Part shown: positions 57,691 to 64,000 of the stretch, piece after piece | How positions within the stretch are numbered: the stretch's first letter is position 1 | Layout of the letters: the number at the start of each line of letters is the position of its first letter | Sequence record: NC_015287.1 | Length of the DNA stretch: 64,000 bases | Strand: one strand, 5' to 3' | Program-made: the position numbers and the translations under genes | Notes under the pieces: generated by a model | The model's database searches: none | Told to the model about the DNA's origin: nothing | Seen by the model: only the letters and a program-made list of their open reading frames with translations

Positions 57691-58172
57691 TGCGTAAACG
57701 TTGAAGTTGTGTCTGTTACGCTTTCCACGGTAGTTACTCTCTGGATTATGGTCTGGTTTGTCATGCCAGGTCCTTGGTAACTCTGAGTGAATTGGAACGC
57801 TCCGCCTGGATTTGTTATCGTAAAGTTGTTTGGGCTGGAGAAATCTAAGGAGTCGAAGGAACTTGTTACTGTTCCTGTTACTACCGCTCCTCCTGTTGCT
57901 CCCGCTGAACTGCTTGGTGTCACGTTCACTGTTGATGTAGTCACTGGTGGGTTGAGAGGTTCTCCGTTGTTGGAAACCCCAACCCCTGTCACGCTGTATT
58001 CCCATCCTGTCCTCATATCGATAGAATTTATTGTCTCCGTCACGGTAGAACTCGTCTCCGTTCGGGAGGTCATGCTGCCCTGTTGGAAATTAGGCACCAC
58101 AGGGACAGCATTCGCAGTCCTCACATTCGCAAGGACAAACGCACCCACAACAATCGCAAGTACTCTCTTCAT
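57687..58172 (-). CDS. Signal-peptide Ser/Thr-rich protein
   Basis: MKRVLAIVVGAFVLANVRTANA/VPVVPNF. Confidence 0.75.
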   Translation of the reverse strand: MKRVLAIVVGAFVLANVRTANAVPVVPNFQQGSMTSRTETSSTVTETINSIDMRTGWEYSVTGVGVSNNGEPLNPPVTTSTVNVTPSSSAGATGGAVVTGTVTSSFDSLDFSSPNNFTITNPGGAFQFTQSYQGPGMTNQTIIQRVTTVESVTDTTSTFTQ

Positions 58173-58180
58173 TACTCATG

Positions 58181-58699
58181 CTAATCCACGCTGATTTCGG
58201 ACACAAATTGGCCAGTAGCTGTAGTACCCGCCCCACCAGCTGTTAGTGTCATAACGCCCGCTGATGTAATTGTACCAGCCAAACTGCCTGCCACGCCACC
58301 ACTTTGAGTAGTTACACTACCATAAGCGGGCATGTCGGCAACGATGCCAGTAGATACGTCAACACCAGTTCCGATTGGGTTTACTGCATCGCCCATAACG
58401 AACGACTCAGTTAAGCTGAACGCGGACCCAGCTGTGGTAACTGAATATGCACCTTGAGTCTGTGACGCTGCAGCGGTTGCCGCACTGTCACCAGATGCTT
58501 TGGTAAGTCCACCCATAGTACCAGCGGTGATATTGTTTCCGCTTACACTGTAGGTTGAACCAATTCTTGTAGCCTGAGTTGCTGCACCATCCACACTAAG
58601 TTGCGTGCTCGTAGTGAGTCTGTGAATCAAATCGGCTCTAACTGGGCTTGCCAAGGGAGCCGCCATCAAAAGCATAACAATAGGTAGGAATCTTTTCAT
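58181..58699 (-). CDS. Signal-peptide Gly/Thr-rich protein
   Basis: MKRFLPIVMLLMAAPLASPVRA/DL. Confidence 0.75.
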   Translation of the reverse strand: MKRFLPIVMLLMAAPLASPVRADLIHRLTTSTQLSVDGAATQATRIGSTYSVSGNNITAGTMGGLTKASGDSAATAAASQTQGAYSVTTAGSAFSLTESFVMGDAVNPIGTGVDVSTGIVADMPAYGSVTTQSGGVAGSLAGTITSAGVMTLTAGGAGTTATGQFVSEISVD

Positions 58700-58726
58700 G
58701 GATCTCCGCACTAGTTAGTCTGCCTG

Positions 58727-58734
58727 TATTTATA
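58727..58734 (-). promoter_or_regulatory. Late promoter TATAAATA
   Basis: TATTTATA on the plus strand, 28 nt upstream of the ATG at 58699. Confidence 0.75.
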
Positions 58735-58759
58735 CGCAAAAATTTTATATAATTTGATA

Positions 58760-59362
58760 CTAATTTTGGAAGAAAGTTATTTGATAAGTGTTTAAGTCAA
58801 TGGTGGCACGAGCTATTCTCTGACCATTCCCTTCTCGGTCAACACTTGTAACAACTTTAGGTTGTGATTCTTTGTAATTTGTAAAGGATTGTGCATATCC
58901 TACGTTGATAAATCCAAATCCAGGCACATTGGGTGTGTCTCTTTCTAATGACATAGTTCCACCTTGATAGGCAGAACCTCTTACTACCACTGGATCTGTG
59001 CCAACTTCTGCATACCACATGCCTCTGAAATCTAGTTCAATAGTATTGTCTGTAAGTCCGCCTGGGATACTTTTGATTGCATTTACATCAATGTATATAC
59101 CCTCATATCCCTCAGTATCATTGACGTTATCTCCACCCCATTTCATATATGTAATTGACCCACCACCATCTACAATCTGAGGTAGTTTGTCAGTTCCTAC
59201 TACTTGTCCAGCTAATTGAGTAGGACGAATGAACTCACATCTGAGGTCAAAGTCCTTACCATCAGTCCAGTGCCAATAGAACTGTAATAAATTTGCGAAA
59301 AATATCGGAGGATCGAACTGAGCTCCTCTCGACTTCCCGATTCCAAATGCTAAAGGTGACAT
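58760..59362 (-). CDS. Hypothetical virion-associated protein
   Basis: YWHWTDGKDFD, WGGDN...G.E; lies in the structural block. Confidence 0.65.
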   Translation of the reverse strand: MSPLAFGIGKSRGAQFDPPIFFANLLQFYWHWTDGKDFDLRCEFIRPTQLAGQVVGTDKLPQIVDGGGSITYMKWGGDNVNDTEGYEGIYIDVNAIKSIPGGLTDNTIELDFRGMWYAEVGTDPVVVRGSAYQGGTMSLERDTPNVPGFGFINVGYAQSFTNYKESQPKVVTSVDREGNGQRIARATIDLNTYQITFFQN

Positions 59363-59363
59363 A

Positions 59364-60098
59364 TTAACTAGGGATTACAAATGTGCCTAACATACCACCG
59401 TGAGCGGTACATTGATATTGATAACTTGATGGTGCGTCGTGTGGGATTGTGAAAATCTGTACTCCTGTTTGAGATCCACTGACATATGTTCCAACACCTG
59501 TTGATGTATTGGTAAACTGAATACGGAATGGGTGTGAACCACCAGTAGAGTTTTCAAACATGTATGTAAATCCTCTCATTAAGTAGAGAGTAGGATTTCC
59601 CACAGTATTTCTTTGGCCAGGACCAGCAAAACGATAGTCACTAGAACCATTTGCAGTGATGTAATATCTAGTGCAGAATCCTCTACCAGTTCCATCACTG
59701 GTAATAAGATCAGTAACAAAACTACCAGCAGTTACAATACCTACAACATCTAGAGTATCAGCAGTGAGGTTTGCTGGTACACTACCACCTCCAGTCTGAT
59801 CAGCAACCCAATCATAGTCACTTCCGTTCCAACTTAGAATCTCTCCAGAGGAAGCACTACCAGTATTGAGGTGTGTATCAACATCAGAGTTACCATAACT
59901 ACCTCCGCCTGGAAGGTTAGTTAATCCAGCACCGTTACCTACAAACGCTGTTGCAGTAACAACTCCTGTGACTGTGGTGTTAGTCTGGATTGCAACTTGA
60001 CCAGCTTTTAAATTTAGGTCACCATTACTTTCTATAGTCGGATCACCAGTTGCTCCAACTATATTCAGGTCCTTTACACCAAATGATTTTTCTGCCAT
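59364..60098 (-). CDS. Virion structural protein with C-terminal cupredoxin-like domain
   Basis: MAEKSFGVK start; SHPF...YQCTAHGGM.G; AATAAATA at 60124-60117. Confidence 0.7.
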   Translation of the reverse strand: MAEKSFGVKDLNIVGATGDPTIESNGDLNLKAGQVAIQTNTTVTGVVTATAFVGNGAGLTNLPGGGSYGNSDVDTHLNTGSASSGEILSWNGSDYDWVADQTGGGSVPANLTADTLDVVGIVTAGSFVTDLITSDGTGRGFCTRYYITANGSSDYRFAGPGQRNTVGNPTLYLMRGFTYMFENSTGGSHPFRIQFTNTSTGVGTYVSGSQTGVQIFTIPHDAPSSYQYQCTAHGGMLGTFVIPS

Positions 60099-60122
60099 TT
60101 CGCTAGTCTTTTTTAGTATTTA

Positions 60123-62339
60123 TTAGGAAAATTTTATTTCAACTCCACCACTAATTTTAAGGTTAGGGGAGTTTGTGATTCGGATCTCAGGTTTCTTTGG
60201 TTCATTAGGTGAACCAGTAGGAGCATCCCAGATGATAACAGGTCCTTGACCATATGCCATGTGAGAGTACATATCTTCCCATGCAGCTGTTGTTGCAGTG
60301 AAAGATGTGATGTCATCACCGTAGTAAAATCTGTCAGGATCTTGAGTGCCACATTGATTATTCAACCAACTTTTGACATCTCTCCAAGTCCAACCTCTAT
60401 TATATTGTAGTTTGGTGGTGATCCACCCAGCACATGTAGGACATCCAGAACTTGTGCCTCCAAAATCTACATCATATGGAGTAAGTCCTAAACCAACATA
60501 TGTTTCTGGGTGAACATATGTAAGAGATGACGCTCTACCATCTGCTGTAAGTGTGTCATCAGCCGCACCATAACAATCAATACCTGTTCCCATATCACTA
60601 TAGGAAACTTTCTTTTCTTTATAGTCTGTGGTATTACCACCCAGTCCACTACTTATATATTGGTCATCTAACGCACCAATATTGATAGCAGCATACTCAG
60701 TTCCAGCAGTAGATAAACCAGATGTAGTCTTACCTAATGACTGTGGCCACCCTCTTCTGTTGATAGTGTTATAACATGTCAATCCAAATTCACTATGAGT
60801 TGCAGTTGCTAAAGACCGACTATCACCTTGAGAAGATGTAGCCCAATAATTATCAAAGTCAAGATCGCCAGGACTGCATTGAGTCTGATTACTATTACCA
60901 GCAGCACAGACGAAGATAACTCCTGCCTCAGACAACTCATCACCAGCAGCAGTAACAGAACTGTCTACCATCTCACCTTTCATTCTATTGCCATCACCAT
61001 ACGCACCTAGTAGATCAATAAATTCTGGTGCGGATGAACTACTATATGATGTCCCTGTTTCAGATCCGTCTATCGCTGATGGTCTATACCAATAGTATCC
61101 ACCGTTGTGTATGGTGTTTGCTCTATATCCCCAACTATTACTTGACAATGTGGGGTTTTTAGTATCATTTTGTCTGCCAGTAATAGCAGAATGTCTATCA
61201 TAGTTTGGTTTATATAAGTGGAAGAGTTTCTGTATATCAAATTGACTACCATTGATTCCAGCATTAGAACCACCAATACCATTTAATACCCATTTGTTGC
61301 AGTTATATGCTGATCCATAATTCTTACCATATACTTGACCAGCACACTGAGTTCCATGATCAGAACCGTTAGTTGGTTTCTGTGTGTTACTTCCATTACA
61401 ACTTTGTCTACTATAGAAACTACTGAAACCATTAGTAGTACCAATGGTAGAGAATCCCGCTGATCTTTGACTCGAATCAGACCACCATGCTCTAGCAACA
61501 GATTCCACTGGAACTGTTGTACCATCCCAACGTTGAGTTAATCTATTGCCTGGATCTGCATTGAACCAGTCTGGGTCAATATAATATGGACCATCAAGAA
61601 GTACATCTAGGACACCACATGTGCCTGGTGTTGTAGATATACCACTCCATGTCAATGCGTTTCCTGTTGACCAACCTACAGGATCATCGGCAGTTGTTAC
61701 AAATTCTGGGTGTGCAATCCAGAAACCATCATCAGATACGATTGCATCTACACCAGTTCCGTCACCTAATTGAAAATTTTCTTTCTCTATAATAATATGG
61801 TCTGATCCAGTGAGTCCAGTGAATGTTGCATCCCAAGGATTCTCTTTCTGAGTATGTCTTAGTATTTGATATCCAGTTCTGTTTTTATCTGTTGCACCAA
61901 TACCAGCCTGAGTTGTTGGTGGTCTTGTACCAGTAGGTGCAGTATTAAATGCTCTGTAGTTAGATATTGAACCCACTCCTCTGCCAAATCTTTGCACACC
62001 AGCAACAATATCTTTTGGATCAGGATGATAGTTGCCTGGATATACATCATAGTCGATACAAACCCACTGCACCTTCTCATGTTTTCTTAAATCTTCTGCC
62101 TCTGCATCAGTCAACATATAAGTTGCTCTGGTATCACTGTGTTCCTTTTTGTCAGGACATACTATAGATGGATCAGGTATATTATCCTCTAGTGAACCAT
62201 CCTTTTCTAGCTCTTCGTGGATGAATACCCAATCCTCTTTGGTATAACATTTGATAGAGTATGCTTTTTTAGCATCAGGATCAGTAGGCCTAGTCGCTAG
62301 ATTGGTCCTATCAAGAGTGTTCGTACTAGTATGAATCAT
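60123..62339 (-). CDS. S8 subtilisin-like serine protease (likely virion-associated)
   Basis: Triad DDG, HGTQCAG, FGGTSSGCP; oxyanion AAGNS. Confidence 0.88.
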   Translation of the reverse strand: MIHTSTNTLDRTNLATRPTDPDAKKAYSIKCYTKEDWVFIHEELEKDGSLEDNIPDPSIVCPDKKEHSDTRATYMLTDAEAEDLRKHEKVQWVCIDYDVYPGNYHPDPKDIVAGVQRFGRGVGSISNYRAFNTAPTGTRPPTTQAGIGATDKNRTGYQILRHTQKENPWDATFTGLTGSDHIIIEKENFQLGDGTGVDAIVSDDGFWIAHPEFVTTADDPVGWSTGNALTWSGISTTPGTCGVLDVLLDGPYYIDPDWFNADPGNRLTQRWDGTTVPVESVARAWWSDSSQRSAGFSTIGTTNGFSSFYSRQSCNGSNTQKPTNGSDHGTQCAGQVYGKNYGSAYNCNKWVLNGIGGSNAGINGSQFDIQKLFHLYKPNYDRHSAITGRQNDTKNPTLSSNSWGYRANTIHNGGYYWYRPSAIDGSETGTSYSSSSAPEFIDLLGAYGDGNRMKGEMVDSSVTAAGDELSEAGVIFVCAAGNSNQTQCSPGDLDFDNYWATSSQGDSRSLATATHSEFGLTCYNTINRRGWPQSLGKTTSGLSTAGTEYAAINIGALDDQYISSGLGGNTTDYKEKKVSYSDMGTGIDCYGAADDTLTADGRASSLTYVHPETYVGLGLTPYDVDFGGTSSGCPTCAGWITTKLQYNRGWTWRDVKSWLNNQCGTQDPDRFYYGDDITSFTATTAAWEDMYSHMAYGQGPVIIWDAPTGSPNEPKKPEIRITNSPNLKISGGVEIKFS

Positions 62340-64000
62340 AATCCTTGAATCAGAGTCTTAACGTATCTATATGTGGACAATCCAGAGATCCCTGCCTCTG
62401 GTGTGAATTTAACTAAAACGTTACCACTACTTATTGTTGCAGCAATAGATACCTGTTGTTCTGGAGAGAACATGATGCCATATTCTTGTGAGAACGCTGT
62501 GCTTCCGTCGTGCATGACAAGAACTTTCTGTGATTGTCTGAATGTTCCCAGACCAATCATGAATGTGTACTCAGCACCAGAGTAACTGGCAACTGGGAAT
62601 GAATCAATCTGTTGTTCTACACCAGCGGATGCAGTGTATGTTCCGAATCCAGTGGTTGAGACACCACCGCCACCACCTATTGCACTGATCGTGATAGTTG
62701 CATCAGTTCCAGATGCCGTTGCAGTGACTCCACTTCCAACAAAGTTGATTGAGGTTACACCTGTTGCAACGTTAGTTCCCTCTTCTTTGATGATGACACC
62801 ACCACCACTACCACCACCACCTTGAGCAGCAGCTGGAACCCATTGTGATCCACTCCATGTTAGTACATGGTTGGTGCTTGGAGTTGCACTCGAAACATTA
62901 GATAGATCACCTAAGTTTGAACCATTAATATTTGTGATGTATCCAGCACTTGCATGGTTGCCCCATGAGTATGCTTGTTCATACTGGGATATATCTAGAC
63001 CAGTGATAGTTGCAGCAGCACCTGTGAATGGAACCGCTCCTGCCAAGTTAACAGTTGCAACTCCACCACTATGCGTCACTGTACATGCAGCACCAATAAA
63101 GTTAACTGTCTGTGCAGTACCAACGGTAGATCCTTCCTCTTGGTATACCATACCAGAGATGCCACCACCTCCACCACCTGATGTGGTGACTGTTACAACA
63201 CCAGCAGATGCAGGGGAAACACTGAAACCAGTTCCGAAGTTTACAGTTCCAATAGTTCCTACGAGTGTGCCACCTTCTCTAATGATAATACCACTACCAG
63301 ATGCGGTGATACCTGTCAGTCCAGAACCATCTCCAACGAATGTTGCACCAGTAACAATACCAGTACAGTTGATATTAGCAACTAAAATGTCTGGTTTACC
63401 AGTCAATCCTCTTGATAGAGTTGCGATACCAGAAGAAGCTGCATAGGATACCGCGATATTAGATAATCCAGATCCATCACCAGTGAATGATGTCGCAGTT
63501 ATAACACCAACTTTATAGTGTTCAGTTCCTGTTCCTACAGTATTATCAAGGTTTCTACTGATGAGTTCTATCCATGCACCAGCGTGTGCAAAGTATGCTT
63601 TACCAGTATCATGTGCATGTGCAAACTGACCGTGATAATCTCCTGGCAAAGGTAGAGATGAATAAGAAGCCCATAGGAATGGTAGTCTATTATCTGTTGC
63701 AGTACCGTCTACACGACCAGCAATTCCAAGATTACCTACAACTCTAAGTTTATAACTCTGTGTATTGGTAGTTCCAAGACCAACATTGCTGAGAGTGTGA
63801 ATACCAGTGGAGTTTGTTCTCCAAATACTATCTGTTGATGGTAAGTTTGTAAGTTCAGATCCATCACCAGCAAACTTGGATGCAGTTATAACACCCACGG
63901 TGAAGTAGTTACCTAGATGATCACCATGAAGTATCTTTCTCCAACCATTGTAACCACCCATTGTGGTTCCACTGGAAACATATGCAGTCTTAGTATTGTT
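62336..64000 (-). CDS. Tail fibre / structural protein (5'-truncated by window edge)
   Basis: The frame stays open past 63961; GDGS.LT repeats, poly-Gly linkers, YHGQFAHAHDTG module, C-terminal DSF...YSGAEY domain. Confidence 0.82.
   Translation of the reverse strand, partial: NNTKTAYVSSGTTMGGYNGWRKILHGDHLGNYFTVGVITASKFAGDGSELTNLPSTDSIWRTNSTGIHTLSNVGLGTTNTQSYKLRVVGNLGIAGRVDGTATDNRLPFLWASYSSLPLPGDYHGQFAHAHDTGKAYFAHAGAWIELISRNLDNTVGTGTEHYKVGVITATSFTGDGSGLSNIAVSYAASSGIATLSRGLTGKPDILVANINCTGIVTGATFVGDGSGLTGITASGSGIIIREGGTLVGTIGTVNFGTGFSVSPASAGVVTVTTSGGGGGGISGMVYQEEGSTVGTAQTVNFIGAACTVTHSGGVATVNLAGAVPFTGAAATITGLDISQYEQAYSWGNHASAGYITNINGSNLGDLSNVSSATPSTNHVLTWSGSQWVPAAAQGGGGSGGGVIIKEEGTNVATGVTSINFVGSGVTATASGTDATITISAIGGGGGVSTTGFGTYTASAGVEQQIDSFPVASYSGAEYTFMIGLGTFRQSQKVLVMHDGSTAFSQEYGIMFSPEQQVSIAATISSGNVLVKFTPEAGISGLSTYRYVKTLIQGL

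Noticed and set aside
57691-58005. 105-codon N-terminal extension of the 383-aa minus ORF
   Set aside because: It lies wholly within the upstream gene in another frame and has non-protein-like composition; treated as a shadow.
62660-63185. ACC/CCA trinucleotide runs
   Set aside because: They encode poly-Gly fibre linkers, not a repeat element.
62373-63446. Plus-strand ORFs up to 191 aa opposite the fibre (likewise 45610-46134, 38658-39209, 26700-27239, 32148-32756)
   Set aside because: These are antisense shadows of biased-codon genes, with no RBS, promoter or motifs.
1-64000. CRISPR array, DGR, integrase or transposase
   Set aside because: No regularly spaced repeats, reverse transcriptase, template/variable repeat pair or recombinase was seen by eye.

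Overview
This window is 64 kb of a T4-like marine cyanomyovirus genome (Kyanoviridae type). The host is probably Prochlorococcus or marine Synechococcus, inferred from petE, PTOX and pebS; the exact phage cannot be named from sequence alone. Gene order on the + strand: head module (gp20, gp67-like, gp21, gp22, gp23), then gp3-uvsY-uvsW, a carbamoyltransferase, gp55-gp47-gp46, a VWA/peptidase plus MoxR-type AAA (cobS) pair, pebS, the replisome (gp45, gp44, gp62, regA, hsp20, gp43, uvsX, gp41), mazG, a late block of candidate capsid-internal proteins, petE-PTOX, a flavin halogenase, primase, nrdAB and a tail fibre. From 56.4 kb a convergent minus-strand late block encodes exported proteins, virion proteins, an S8 protease and a fibre. 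RNA genes are one tRNA-Gly(TCC) and a manA-like structured RNA. The most interesting leads are: (1) a HIGH-motif nucleotidyltransferase starting with a T4 capsid-targeting-like decapeptide; (2) a ROSE-like thermometer in the hsp20 leader; (3) a manA-like RNA abutting a tRNA; (4) back-to-back sigma70 promoters sharing one -35 in front of gp55; (5) a DruA-like gene inside the clamp-loader locus; (6) a virion protein with an amicyanin-type copper loop; (7) a trio of signal-peptide genes, one lacking a canonical start codon. All family assignments come from recognising motifs by eye; no searches were run.
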